Made by a program: the position numbers and the translations under genes. Shown one piece after another: positions 38,875-53,089 of a DNA stretch of 64,000 nucleotides; within the stretch, counting starts at the first letter, position 1; every line of letters starts with the position of its first letter. The DNA lies in assembly GCA_043228905.1 (NCBI GenBank), contig JBHGNT010000003.1:23746001-23810000 (forward strand), read 5' to 3'. The notes under the pieces were generated by a model. It ran no database searches and was not told where the DNA came from. It saw only the letters and a program-made list of their open reading frames with translations. Origin of the DNA: Azolla caroliniana. Taxonomy: Eukaryota > Plantae > Polypodiophyta.

Positions 38875-41800
38875 CTATTTAAGTTTCCCGCAGAAATCTG
38901 GGAGATCCAATATTGTAATGCGTGCATTTTGAGAAGCGGTTTCTCGCTCAGGAGCCGTATTATAACCCCATGTGCCTGCATCATCACATATAAGTAGCAT
39001 TGAGCAATAGTAAGAGTCAAACAAAGGTAGAGCTAATGGAATAACCCCGAACAGAACAACAAATAACTCAAATCACTTGGATAGTTCACTAACTCAATGA
39101 GTTAGTCAGCTTGTTTTTCATTTTAAAATGGGTTTGATTTCAAGTTTAAATCGACTTCATCTGAACTCGTTCTCATGTTAAATGTGTTTCCTCTGAGGTT
39201 GTTCTTATGCTATATGGTTTCTTCAGTGGGATTGTTTTCATGTTACCAATGTGTTTCGTTTGAGCTTTACTCAATATGCCAAAGTATTGTGATTAAACCA
39301 CATAAAAACAACCCAGTAATCCTTCTATTGATACATGGTTTTACCAAGATATAGGTTCCATTTGTCGAGCACTGGATCTTTGATCACATTATGCAAGGTT
39401 GCCAACCTGTCTTCTACAAAACTAAAACACACGAGCATTTCAGATGAATGAAAACTGAAAAACTTTACATTGGAAGGTGAAATATAACAACTTACTGGAG
39501 AACCAAATCTTGATGTTCCGGCTGACTTTGAAGCTTCCTCAGCACTTGAACTTTTGGCCTAATTTGACAGCACCATCCATGAATGGTCACCTTAAAAAGA
39601 TTAGATTAAACACGTTTGGAGACTTGGAAAAACTACTCACCCAGAACCGAGTCCATAAATGAGTTCAGAGGGGAAGTCAATACCAGCAATCTCTCTGAGA
39701 AGGATTTGAGCAAAACGTGCCTGTTACAATAATAAGAACTCTGCTTTTCTTTTCTATATTTATTTATTGTGAGTCTGGTTGCAATTTCATGGCTTGTGAG
39801 AGTTAAACTCATGACCTGTGCTTTACAGAGGGCCTTACCTCTTCCTTCAATCATCAACAGACTCTTTCTCTCTATTTCAAGGAACTAGTAGATTGATCAC
39901 TATAACATATCATATGCACGATCCAGCCCACATCGTATCTATGCAGCTAAAGTAAGAACGTAACAATTGCCTGCAGTCTAAGAATCTGAGAGGTGTTGTA
40001 GCAAACACAAGTCCAAGGGTCATGTAGAAGAATCAGAAATTGTTGTAGAGACCATGTCCTAAGCCCAAGCACAGACAGGAAGTGTAACATTGGAAACATC
40101 CATTTGAGCACTGCATGGTGGGAACAAAGTTGTCTCACAACATATTGTGATAGATTTGCATGCACAACTTACCAACTATACATTGTGACCTCCCTGACAA
40201 TGTTGTCTTTTTAAGTTATATTTGAAACTTATTCCAATTGTTCACATGACACAATCCTGAGAAAATGTTTATTTGAAGACTCCGAAGTTGATAGTGATAT
40301 ATATACTCCATCTCAACTTTAGAAGCTCGTAATGTTAAGTACTACAGGAAAACACAAACATGTTTTCAACCTCTTGTGATATGATTCACATGAACATAAT
40401 CTTGGAAGGTTTATTGGAATATTTTGCCGCCAACAACTCCAACACTTTTATCACAGATAAGTAGGTATGTCGTGTCTTGCATCTATGGTATTCTCAGGCT
40501 ATTTTTATAAATAGCTCAAATTACCATTTCTGTTATAAATTTTATATAGCTCAAACATATCATATTAACGTAAATTCTCATCCATCTGTGTTATAAGGAC
40601 AAGAGCTATCAAGTACTACAAGAAACTTAGCCAATCTACTATCCCGTTGGATGTGGCAGAGTGACCTAACTTATAAGGCTTTGCAAAATGAAGAGGAAAG
40701 ATTGGCAATAGATTGTAACTCACGATGTGAAACACCCATCAGCTGCCTCCAAAAAGATATTATCCATAATTGCAAATCTGAAAGAACAGTGCATGTCATG
40801 GATAACATTAGGAGGGATAATGGCAGTGACAGATAAATAAACCTATTGAAAACACCGAGGCAAATGACCAATGGTGAATTCTATTGATTAAGGAACGCTA
40901 CGGATGGGATGACGTCTCAAAAGGTCAGAAATCAAGCAAAGGAAAGACCTTGACCTAGAGGGCAAGTCCAGCCACCCATTTCATAGAACATCGTAAGCAT
41001 CTCTTTCTTAATTAAGACACCCACAACAGCAGTATGCAACTAGTTTATATTTAGATCTGTCATCGCCCTCAAAAGATTCACATCCTCAAGGAGAGACAGA
41101 CAGGTACCAACTGTTCAAATAACACTGAGGCTCAAGACCATTGTTGACAGGTTGTCCACAGATATACAGTCCAGTTAATGCATGAAAAGTTGAACAGTTG
41201 CAGTGAGATCAGTGGAACACAACATTTCGACTTGGATCTTAGCACCTGAAGACTGTCTGTACAAACCCATGGCCCATATTCAGAGTTTCCTCGGGAGTTT
41301 AACTACGCTTTCTCCCAAACAAATTCGCTGAGATAAACTGATGCTGTTTACTTTTTAGCCTCAAACACTGGTTCGCCATAAATATTTCTTTACATAATAA
41401 CTGAGAAACTGAAATTGCAAGAACTCTTAAGAGATTTCCGCAAGCCGCTGATTGGTCTTTTATTCCACAGAAAACTCCCATGCATATGTTTGGCAGCTGA
41501 AATCCTTGGTGATGACACATAGAGAATAGATGGCAGGAAGATCCCATTTCTGAGATTCTAGCCATGAGTCAACATTTCTCTGTCAAGACCATGGTCGCCT
41601 AAATTGTAATAACTATTGAATTTTCATTCAACCAACCAAATATTTAATAATTATTAAGGTTTAGGCCTTGACTTGCAAGTATAACACACAATATATTAAT
41701 TGGGGATAAAAGTAAAGCAAGGTTGAAAGCAAAAAAAAAAAGAAAAGTTAAAAGGATAAAAGCAACCAATGAGGTCAGGATGAGTTCAGAATCTGTAAAC

Positions 41801-43391
41801 ATTTCAGGTAATCAAAGCGAAGAAACATCGAGCCAATCATTGTTTGCATTCTTGTGTGAGCGGATGAAAGTCTCATTGATGTTTTTTGCAGTTCATTCAT
41901 GCATGTGAAAGTTGGCAGCAGATTTTTGGAAACATATGTATATTTTGTCTACGAATTACCATATCAATGCAAAGGCCCAACGACAGAATATATACAATGG
42001 ACTGACCTCAATGAAAAATAGAAGCAAATCATCACACATGTCAATAAATATGCACCCAATTGTGTAACATTTTTGCACAGACATCACAAACCTTACAAGA
42101 AAATATATTACCTGTTTTGTTGTAACAATGTAAATTTTTGAAGCTGCAAATTTAAGGGCATCAACAACTCCAGGGTAGAACCTACAGTAACAAAACAGAT
42201 TTAAGCATCTGTCATAGGTGGATATTTAGTTTAGAATGAACAAACAGAGATAGCCATTAACCTATTTGCACGGATCCACCCTTGAATATCATTTGAAATC
42301 CACTCATCACGAACCATTCCAAAGTATTCAATCAGAGCTTCTCGGTCAGTTTCACCCCAATCTTCCATTATGATCGGTTTAATATGTGCCCATTGTTCCA
42401 AGATTTTCTCAACGGTGATTTCATCAATAGACTTGATTATAAATTTGACAAGATGAATACGTTTCAAATGCTATCCTAAGTACATTTTAGAGAAACCAAG
42501 TATTCACATACATACAGATGATCTTTGAGATCCTCGAAGCCTTGATTCCAGCAACAATCTCACAAGTAGCACATTCTCATATCCAGTCTCTACTACTGGA
42601 CGGACCTAGAGCAACATACAAAACAACGAGATCATTCACAACTAGCATAAGGAAGAATGGATAAATAAGGATGTTTCTCAATTAAACTCACCATTTCCAT
42701 TGCTTCTAATATCCAGGATTCAGTAAGGGTATCAACATTATCAAAAACGTCAGGCCACCTCCGCTTTGCGGCCTTCAGAGAATTAAAATGTCATAAGAAA
42801 GAGAGGTATCTCCTTACATCCAGTCAAGTATAAAAGCATGCCAAAGAAAATAACCCAATGCTTCAGATCTAGCAGTAAAAAGTATTTACATACATATATG
42901 CCTAGGTGTGTATTCATACATATACACGTGAATCCTTCCCTCACAACCCCATGAGAGAATAGTATTTCGAACTTCTGACTTACAACAAATGTCTCTGAAT
43001 GGTCCCGAGTTGTATTATTCATGGGATTTCCATGTATGCATATACATACAAATATGAATATATGCACATGCGTAAACATTTATAGACATATATAATGTAT
43101 ATTTGTATATATATGTGAGTGAATATATGTAACCTTCATTCCACCAGAAATCCAGCAATGTGTTCTATCATGTCTGTGAACTACAAGTCAAAACCCATGT
43201 TTGCCTAAGAAGATTGATTATCCAAGCTTTAAGTTATGGGGTTATTCAAGCTTATAAATAGTATATGCAAGTAAATTGAAGTATATACGTACGTACATAC
43301 ATACATACATATACACGCAAATACATATTATGCAAGAAAACTTGACATATTTCAAAATATATGCTGTGTAACAAAGTTTCTTATAATACCG

Positions 43392-43470
<79 letters not shown>

Positions 43471-43558
43471 CACTGACCTTGAGTGCAGACATGGAGCTCT
43501 CCCCGCAGCTGTCACATATGACTCCATCGAAGTCGAGGGCATACAGGTGCTCCTCCAT
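38875..43558 (-). CDS. HAD-superfamily hydrolase (At2g45990-like)
   Basis: Exons 43478-43558, 42692-42772, 42516-42605, 42262-42431, 42112-42181, 39641-39720, 39496-39558, 39345-39421, 38875-38975. HAD motif I LDFDGVICDS, plus RPVVETGYE, RFYPG, IVTTKQARFA, GPKVQVL, HFVEDRLATL and TWGYNT. Confidence 0.92.
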
Positions 43559-45103
43559 CTCCTCCCCTGGAAATTTACTCGATATGGATAGATTGACAAA
43601 ATAAAACCGAAACGAACGAGGCAGAGCAGCGATGGCGGCTTCTCATACATACATGATTTACACATACATTCAGTACATATATCTCGTGTGTGTACAAATT
43701 ATATACAATGTATTGAATTTGTGGACCAACCATCAGGTCTCCCCTCTATCTCTCTCTCTCTCTCTCTCTCTCTTCCTTCACATCACATTATTTCGGAGCT
43801 TCCATTCATCAGTCGCCTTTTTCGTAATGTGTAAATCTATGGTCGGATAGGCGACCGGATTTATTGATCCATTCATACACATTCGCGTATCGGCAATCCG
43901 AAATGCAAACCAGATTGATCAACTAATAAACATTTGGGTATCGTTGATATGAAAGACAATTATTGTTGTTACAAGGCGAGGGATCAATCGAAACATATGC
44001 TTATGTGCATCGTTTATAGGGAATGCAGTTACAATTGTTACGATGCAACCAATAGATTAGATCGATCACATTCATTCTGAGGAGGCTCACCATGGATCAT
44101 TGACATTATGAGCAACACACATTAATTAAATGAGTACATGATTCAATCAATCCATCTCTTCATAGCATTTCCCAACAAGTACTTGTACCACGAGGTTGAG
44201 GAGATTGTGCCTCCTATGTTTCCTTCTTGTTAAATGTAAAGTTTTCTAACCAACACATGAGAAAAGTGATTGTCATTCTCATGAATTACAACTTTATGAG
44301 TCTTTCTCTCTGTCAATCGAACCCTTCAATCATTCCATATGAATTTTTAGGCTTTACATGCCCCTCGTTGGAGTATTCAATGAGTCCACACCATGTCTGT
44401 ATTGTCACAAGCAACATGCATTCAATAATTATCAAACCCTTCATTTGGCAGTTTGCGTCTATTACTTAAGATTGTTTTCTCATCAACCACTTGATATGAC
44501 ATGGTTCCAAAATTATCTTCATATTCTATGACTCTCATAGAGTGTGTCGCCGCTTCTAAATCCAATTTGTAAGTTCCCAGTGCCCACTCTAGCAAAGTAA
44601 GCTTAAGCTAAACAAAATAATGCTTTTTACCAATTCCATTTTTTGTATATGCGCATAATAGTATCTCACACGACATGTTGAAATCTTAAAGAGTAAGCTT
44701 AACTCACAACGACTTAGAGAAAATGATGTATTGAACTAAATTTAGATGCAAATCATGTGGAGGAGTTAACATATCAAGCCTCCCCTCAAATAGATGGCCA
44801 TGAAAAGAAACATGATGTGTTATGAAGCAACACAACTGACTTTTGCAATGTTCCTACATTTTGTTACATACGGGATAATTCATTAGTCCTCTTTTAAATA
44901 TTGACTTTATGAGTGGCCAATCTATCTTACATAAGAAAAACAACATGGTTAATATAAAAACAATATTGGTTTGGATTCAAATTACAACATTCAAGTGAGA
45001 ATCAAACACATATTAGAGAATATTGATTTTTCACACATCTTTCATAGTAAAATCACATATGTTTCATAAGTTCGTTCTAGTTTTAACAACATCATTGGTA
45101 CGA

Positions 45104-45315
45104 CTAGAAGAACACTCATCCTGAGGTGGGCTTCCTACTTAGATGCTTTCAACAGTTATCTGCTTTGCATTTGGCTACCCAACGTTTAACATGGGCATGA
45201 TAATTGGTACATCAAAGGTGCGTCCTTCCCGATCCTCTCATGCTAGGAAAAGGTCCCCTCAATGCTCTAGCATATGCACTGATATGAACCGAACTGTCTT
45301 AGGACGTTCTTGAAC
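45104..45315 (-). pseudogene. rrn23: Plastid 23S rRNA 3'-region fragment (NUPT)
   Basis: aacactcatc..gtgggctt-ctacttagatgctttca-cagttatc...ggtgcgtccttccc..tcctctc...accgaactgtct..gacgttct is the reverse complement of the plastid-type 23S 3' domain, with many transitions. Confidence 0.88.
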
Positions 45316-46380
45316 TAAACACTATAACATAAAAAATTTATGACACTCAAATCATTGCTTAGGAAGTCAACCTTCAATCATAATTAGCCCACGAAAAGAC
45401 AAAACAAAATTATTGGCCAATCGTTGATGAGGCAGTATAGACTTATCCCAACAAGTCCATATTATAATGAAGCGAATGTCCATATCTAACTTTCATTAAT
45501 AGTTTGTTTTAACAAGGAAACTTGAGAGGGATTTGTTAACCTAACTATCAAACCTATATATATTTTATGTCGTCCACATGTAGGGGGATAGGATGCAAGC
45601 ATCGATAAAACACAATAGCATGATGTTATGGAGCAAGCAAGCAAAATATTTTTTAGTTTTATATAGAATTAACTACAATGACTTGTGAGTAAACTTTAGT
45701 CAAATAAATAAAAAAGATCACCGCAACGGGAAGTTACCATTAGAATTATAATTTTTTATTGTCCATAATTATTCCCAAGTGGTTGCAACTTCCACATAAG
45801 GGGTAAAAAACGCCTTTACGTTACAAAGTTAGTGTTTTTTTCTCAATAAGCTACAACATATGATTAACGAAGGGTCAAATCCCTAGTTTCTTGAGCACGT
45901 GGAAGGTTAAATCCACGAAGCTTTCTTGTTGACGAGTTGTGCGACAAAGAATAGTGTCGGCAATGAGCAAGATGGTACAACAAACATGATATGTATATAC
46001 CTCCCCCCAAGAAGAACCACGAGAAATACTTGTATGCTCGAGAGCTCTTTCTCGAGTTTGAACATACCAGACAAGAAAGAATTCGCCTTGGTGATTAACA
46101 CAAAATCAAATAAGTGTGAAATATGGCTGGCTACTAATAATAATAATATATATATATATATATATATAAGTAAGTAAATAAATAAAAAATAATAAAAATA
46201 AAAACATAATATATATATATAATAAATAAGTAAGTAAATAAATAATTAAAATAAAATATACATTATATTATATATATATATTTATATATGTAATAATGTA
46301 TGTATACAGTATATATGTATGTATGTATATACTGATAAAGAGCACGAGTACTGCATGAAGCAAAGGGGAGAAGGCAAGGC

Positions 46381-49366
46381 ATGGCGTTTGTGAGTGCTCG
46401 CGATGCACAATTCCTTCTGAACGGGATCCCATTCTATGTCCATGGATTCAATGCTCACTTCCTCATGGCAATCAGCGTCGTGGATGCTGAGAGCAGATCC
46501 AAAGTCGTGGACCTTCTCAAGCAAGCTTCTCAGATGGGCCTCAATGTCTGTCGAACTTGGGCTTTCAACGATGGTGGCTATCAAGCCCTTCAGACCTCCC
46601 CTGGTGTCTATGATGAAAAGGTTTTCCAGGTAAAATCTGTGAAGCTTTTACACTTACAGGAATATAACAGAGTTCCTGCGAGATTTAACATTACCCCATG
46701 GGATCAACAATCCTTACAAAGCACTCTCTGGGGTATTTTATTTAAGTCAAAAGAAAATTCTAAACTAGGAGCTTGAAAATGAAAAAGAGCTAAGCGTATT
46801 TTCCTAATTTCACTGTTTGGACCTTCTATGAATTGGATTGTTTTGTCGAGTTTGTGAGCAAAGAGCATTGCTAGTGTTGTTGGAGATGGTTCCTTTCTCA
46901 TTATTATGAGTTCTCAAAACTAGTGCAACCTTGTAGCAATTCTTGAAGATTATGCCTGATTTCCTCATATGTGAGGCATACTAAGAGACATGTCCTGTTT
47001 CTTGTATGCAGAGGCAACGCGGACCACATATTCTCTTTTTCTGCTCAATGTTCTGGCAATCATCCATTTCCATTTTCAACATGAACACGTGTATGAGCAT
47101 CAGTGTGGTAGCACGTCCTAGTCACTTGAGCGTTGTGGTCTGGATGTGAGCTTTGGGCATTGGCCATATGTCCTCAGTAATTTTCCCAGTATTGAGTGTT
47201 AATGTAGCTCCAATAATACTCAATCTTAGATCTATGTTTTTCTGTTCTCAATTTCGTACGGAGAACTGCCAATGTGGTTGGGTAAATGTGAACTCATGTT
47301 TTTCTGTCTCTTTCTTCATCTCTACTTGCACATCCAAATATTCTTCAACATGCCACCTTGAGAGAATATGACACAGGTAGAAGGCAGAGTCTAGAGATTA
47401 GGGTGAGTAGGGACCACCCCCGAGTGAGAGAGCATCATATATGTAGCCGTGGACACTAGATAAAACAATTGAGCATCATTCATGTATTTGACAAGAATAA
47501 TTCATTGTCTTTTTAGTTTCCGTCTTTTCTTTCAGGTGCTGATCTAGGTTTTGTTTGACCTTTAGGCTCTCGATTTTGTCTTGGATCAAGCTCAACAAAT
47601 AGGAGTGCGCCTTATCCTTAGCTTTGTGAATAACTGGGAACATTATGGGGGTAAACCTCAGTACATGGAATGGGCCCGTAATGCCGGCGTTGACCTGGAA
47701 ACGGAGGATGCATTCTTTTCTGATTCCACAATCAAAAGATACTACAAGAATCATGTGAAGGTATTAGAAATATTTTTGTTATTCCTTATTGCATAATCAC
47801 GATAAATGCATGTGCTGCTGCCTGCCTGCCCTATGCGAAAAATGATGAAATTATGTTCAGAAGCCAGAGAGGAGGGTGGGAGAGATAGAAGCTCGTTTGA
47901 CACTACCATGGAATATCTAACTTCATCTAGAGAGAGAGAGAGAGAGAGAGAAGTGAATTCAATTGTTTTGGAATGTCCAATGCCCATGGGATTTGAGACT
48001 AGTTGGAAAAATGGCATAGATCTGTTTCTATGTGAGTGTGAGGTCTCATGACACTCTTGCATTCACTGGTGATGTAAAGATGACTAAGAACAATGTGTAC
48101 CTGAAAAGAATACATTTGCATATGGAGATATTGATTTCCATTTTGTGTATCTAAGAGTGACGGTAAACTGTACTAGATCTCACACGCATGAAATGTTTCG
48201 TTCATAACAAATTTGAGGGTCAAGATCAAGCTCTTACACATCTTCCATCTTATTCTCTCATTAAGCTTTTTTTCTTTTAAAAGGAGATCAAGTTAGTTAC
48301 TGTATTTGGATCATAGACACTAGCATTCATCTGAAGTTTATTCATGATGTTTGGCTTTGCAGGCTCTGATAACTAGAGTAAACAGCATCACAGGGATATG
48401 TTACAAAGATGACCCAACAATCTTCGCTTGGGAACTCATGAATGAGCCCCGATGTGTATGCGATTCATCTGGAGATACCTTGCAGGTAAAGTGGCATTTC
48501 TTCTCAGGTGGATGCAAAGGACATTTAGGAAATGTGAAATTTGGGAGCCAATTGATGACCTATGGCTGACAGGGCAAGTGCCTGAACCAGTATTAAGAGA
48601 GTTTATAAACATGTTTTTTCTTCAACATAGGCTTGGATTGAGGAGATGGCAAGGTTTGTGAAATCAATCGATTCTAATCATCTTCTTGGGCTTGGATCGG
48701 AAGGTTTTTATGGCTTCCCAAGTGCTACAAGAAAGTCTGCAAATCCCAGTAATTATGTTCTACAACTTGGGACGGATTTCTTGAGAAACCATCAAGTGGC
48801 TGGTATTGACTTTGCCAGTGCACACGGCTACCCAGATTCATGGTAGAGCTCTTTGATTCTACACTTTCCAGACACAAGGATACCTTTGCATACTAATTGA
48901 GTTTACTTCATATATATTTCTTTTGTGATCCTGAAGGTTAGGGTCAAAAGTAGATGTGTTACAGCAAATTTCATTCATGCAGAACTGGATAGCAACTCAT
49001 ATGTTGGATTGCACTTCTACTTTGCGCAAGCCATTTCTCTTGGGGGAGTTTGGAATGTCAAGCAAACATGGAGTATTTAAGCCTGAGAATAGGAAGTTTT
49101 TTATGGAAACAATATATACAATGTTCTATGTGTCAGCTCTTGGGGGTAGCGCGATGGCTGGGGGTATTGTGTGGCAATTGTTACCTAAAGGAATGGAGAA
49201 CTTCAACGATGGATATGAGATTGTGCTTTCAGAGGATGACCCAATATCACAGATAATCTTGCAGCATTCTTTAAGGCTCCAAGATCTCACTGACACTGAC
49301 AGTGAGATTTGTCCCATAAAAGCAAAGAGTCAAATTTGTCCATTGAAACTAAAATGCTTTTGGTAA
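46381..49366 (+). CDS. MAN: GH5 (subfamily 7) endo-1,4-beta-mannanase
   Basis: Exons 46381-46629, 47566-47760, 48363-48485, 48631-48842, 48937-49366. Motifs [42 protein letters not shown] (acid/base Glu), [20 protein letters not shown] and KPFLLGEFG (nucleophile Glu). Confidence 0.95.
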
Positions 49367-50189
49367 GGTACCCATTGGGAGACCACTTGATTTCTTGTAT
49401 ATGATATCGTCTGATGTGACTGACCCCTTGGATGAGTGGCTGAAACAACACATCGACATCATTATCCAACGCGATTATTTATTTATTTATTAGCATTGCC
49501 TCATGAGGAATGTGATCATTGTTTTTGAAGGCTTGGTTTTCTTTTAAATAATCTCTCTTTTTGAGGGTCATATCATTGTTATTAATCTTGTCCGACGTTA
49601 TTTTTATATAGCTTGGTTTATTTTTCTTTTGAACTGGTTTTTGAAGGTTCATTCTTTGCTGTGCTTCCAATAAACAATGTGATTTACATGCAATGCATTG
49701 TTTTATTTATGAATTATGACCATGTTTAAAGTTAAATCCTCCTTGGTGCTTTCCTAATTCTTTCAATGTTAATACATATACATGCAACATGATCGATCCA
49801 TCAACATACACAACCCATCATCGCATAGAACTATCTATTGTAAGAAAACATGTAGAAAAGCAAGAACATCAAAAACCATTTCATCACTAACAATGTGTAC
49901 TATCGATCTAGGGAGGTGATCAATCGGTATCTCTTTTCATGACAACTTAAGCCAACAATGCAATCTTCACTTTAACAAAAGAATTTGCTGTTAGATACAA
50001 AAGAAGACTCCAAAATTAGGATCGCAACTCTTGAGTGATCCTACAATGAGTGATGAAGTTTTAGGTCTTGCATGTGAATAGTTCTTTATCCAAGTAAGTA
50101 GTGAATGCAACCTACATCCATATCATTTTGATCAATGCAGCACAAGATAGAGGAATTGCCAGAGAATTGTTGCTTTGCTCCCTACAGCC

Positions 50190-51227
50190 ATGGCTTCTCA
50201 GCCTTCTTCTCTGCACGACCTCTCCGCCTTATCTTCCCTTTCGAGTTCGCTGCTATGGCTTCTTCCCTCCGTGTCTCCTCCTTCTGCCACGCTTCACAGG
50301 CGAAAACATAGGTACGAGCCCCTCTGCAGAGCTCAGGCGGTAACGGCCTCGCCGTCCCTGCTCTCTACAGCTCGCTTCACCTCACACGATCGCGTGGATG
50401 TCCTCTCAGAAGCTCTTCCTTTCATTCAGAGATTCCAAAAGAAGACAGTTGTGGTGAAGTACGGCGGAGCAGCCATGAAAGATCCTTCTCTCAAAGATGG
50501 TGTGATTAAAGATCTGGTTCTTCTCTCTTGTGTTGGTCTCAGGCCTGTTTTTGTTCATGGAGGAGGTCCAGAGATCAATCAATGGCTTGGAAAACTCGGC
50601 ATCGAACCAAAATTCGAAGGAGGGCTGAGAGTTACTGACGAAGCCACCATGGAAATCGTAGAGATGGTTCTTGTAGGTAAGGTCAACAAATCTCTTGTCT
50701 CTCTGATTAACAAGGAAGGCGGGATAGGTGTTGGATTGTGTGGAAAAGATGGGAAAATGATCGTGGCTAGACCAGCAGCAGGTGGATCTTTAGGGCTTGT
50801 AGGCGAGATATCAGCCATTAACACTAGTATTCTAGAAGGATTGGTTGAGAAAGGTGCAATCCCTGTTGTTGCTTCAGTGGCTGCAGATCAAAATGGTCAG
50901 GGTTACAACATTAATGCTGATACAGCTGCAGGAGAGATCGCTGCATCTTTAGGTGCTGAAAAGCTTATATTGCTCACAGATGTTCCTGGTATCATGTTAG
51001 ATGTGAAGGATCCCAAGTCTTTGATCAAAGAAATTAGCATCAAAGAGACTAGAAAGCTGATCTCAGAGGGGAAAGTGAGTGGCGGAATGATTCCTAAGAT
51101 AGAGTGTTGTGTTCGAGCACTTGCTCAAGGCGTGAGAACGGCAAGCATTATTGATGGTCGGCTCCCTCACTCGTTGCTTTTAGAAATCCTAACTGATGAA
51201 GGGGCAGGAACCATGATTGTTGGCTAA
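50190..51227 (+). CDS. NAGK: Plastid N-acetylglutamate kinase, intronless, with Ser-rich transit peptide
   Basis: First in-frame ATG at 50190. Motifs [60 protein letters not shown] and [24 protein letters not shown]. Confidence 0.97.
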   Translation: MASQPSSLHDLSALSSLSSSLLWLLPSVSPPSATLHRRKHRYEPLCRAQAVTASPSLLSTARFTSHDRVDVLSEALPFIQRFQKKTVVVKYGGAAMKDPSLKDGVIKDLVLLSCVGLRPVFVHGGGPEINQWLGKLGIEPKFEGGLRVTDEATMEIVEMVLVGKVNKSLVSLINKEGGIGVGLCGKDGKMIVARPAAGGSLGLVGEISAINTSILEGLVEKGAIPVVASVAADQNGQGYNINADTAAGEIAASLGAEKLILLTDVPGIMLDVKDPKSLIKEISIKETRKLISEGKVSGGMIPKIECCVRALAQGVRTASIIDGRLPHSLLLEILTDEGAGTMIVG

Positions 51228-51770
51228 GTCTCGTCATACTTTGGAAAGATTGAAATTTTAGAAACAAGGGTTTTCAGAAGAATAAATTTTTGATCAAGCC
51301 TTTTTTGTTGTGTTTACCAACACTGTGGATTCATTTCACATCACCTACACATGGAAATTCTGCATCTAAATGTATTGCCTTGAGATTGAAGTTTATCTTG
51401 AAATTTCAAGTTCAACACAGCATGCGATCATTCTCTCCTCTCTCAAAACTAGAGTGAGGGAAGCTACATAGCTCTATGAGCATGAATAAAAGATCATTGT
51501 TTTGCTTAAACTAGTTTTGTAGAAGGAAGATACATTCTGATAATACAGTTTGTGATTCTATATTTCATTGCATGTTTACGTGAAAACATGCATTGCATTT
51601 TTTGTGGCTTGATTGAATGTGATCATTGTAGATGTCGGCAATATTGAAATATTTTGTTGATAGGTATGGTCATCACACCCACGATCCTCCTGTGGGAATG
51701 TCTTACTTTTAAGCTTGCCTGTGCTTTTAAATTTGCAATTCTGGTTATGTCTTCGTTCATCCAATCATGA

Positions 51771-51982
51771 TCAATGTAGTTTATTGTATAAAATTCCTAC
51801 AATGAACGTTTCTATGTATGCAGTTGAGGGGGCCTTGTGCTTTACTTGATTTTTTTACTCTTTTCAAAGCATCGTTCAATGTAGTTTACTATGTGCAATT
51901 CCTGCAATGAACTTTTCTATGTCTGCAGTTGAGGGGACCTTGTGTTCTAATTGATTTTTTACTCTTTTCAGAAGCATTGTTA
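51771..51982. repeat. Tandem duplication (~106-bp unit x2)
   Basis: tcaatgtagttta...aattcctRcaatgaac...gcagttgagggg...ttgattttttactcttttca occurs twice. Confidence 0.9.
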
Positions 51983-52564
51983 TTATTTAAGCCTGGCTTG
52001 ACTTTTGATTGCTCTCTCCTAAAGCATCTGTTACTACTGTATTTGCACCAAGTAGGATTGGGACCATGCCGAATAACATGTTTTTCATTTTGCCCTTGAT
52101 TGTTGGGCATAAAAGAAAATCTACGACTATTCTAGCAAAAAGAAAGTTCCAGCTGATATAATAGCTGATGTTATTGACCATTTAGTTGTCTCAAAGTTGA
52201 ACTTAGGATGGTAGGCAAGATTGAAAACATTGTGCTAATTGATAACTCCTTGTCTCCTTCTAAATCTTGTTGTATTCAGTTGGTACCACTGCCATAATCT
52301 ACAAAGCAGCCACCCCTGCGCCTTTTATAATCTATCAACTCTCGACCTACCGCATGGTTATTTTTGAATATCTATGAGGCATTGATTGATGTTTTGATGA
52401 GTTATTGATTGATGATGTCAAATCATAATTCAGCACTGGTTTCACAATTGTTGAGGCTCTACATTATTGTGAGAACTGCAAGGTCATTCATGTGTATGGA
52501 ATAAAGGCAAGTATAGCAACAAGGCTACAAACCTTAAATCTTTAGAGGGGAGGTGATAACTTTG

Positions 52565-53089
52565 TGTTATTTCATATTTGGGTTTTGACTCTTGACCTCT
52601 ACCTCCATGTCTCGCTATCACTTGTATTGGGATTATGTGTTACGGGCATGAACATATAATATCCTGTGGTAAATTTTACCGTAGTATTCTATACACGTGT
52701 GTAAACTATGAGGGTTAAACAATAGTGTAAAGAAGGGGAGGATTACTTTTAACCCTTGGGATTGAGACACCCATTAGGCCAAATGTGAACTTGCTTGGGG
52801 GCCTTAGGTCTGGCTATAAATACGAGGCCTAGCTACCCTCATTTATCATCTCTTGATTACGCCGAGACTCTGATGTTGTGGTTGATCAACTCTTGTAGTG
52901 AGTGAGCCAGTACCAGGTACGACTCAACGCCATGACGGTGGTATGAGATGCTGATCAAGGCTCGAGTTCGTCTCGATCCCTTCGCTTGAGGGTGGTTGGG
53001 TGGATCAACACCCTTCTTTCTCTCACCTCTCTTATTTTTTTATCTATATTATCCTTATCATATGCTTACATTAGTAGCTAGCTCTAACA
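52565..53089 (+). mobile_element. Solo LTR (525 bp), unrelated family
   Basis: TGTTA...TAACA termini, flanks CTTTG/CTATG (5-bp TSD with one mismatch), and an internal GGCTATAAATA TATA box at ~52812. Confidence 0.7.

Noticed and set aside
40600-41600. Possible RTE/LINE remnants in introns (also ~14690-14810 and ~46950-47200)
   Set aside because: Only faint motif echoes (MDNIF; LK*LGR) were seen, too weak to call without a search.
45104-45315. Functional rRNA gene
   Set aside because: It is only ~210 bp, heavily mutated and has no operon context.
50175-50189. ORF-track non-ATG starts for NAGK (50175) and PPR (60502)
   Set aside because: These are eukaryotic genes, so the first in-frame ATGs (50190, 60538) were used.
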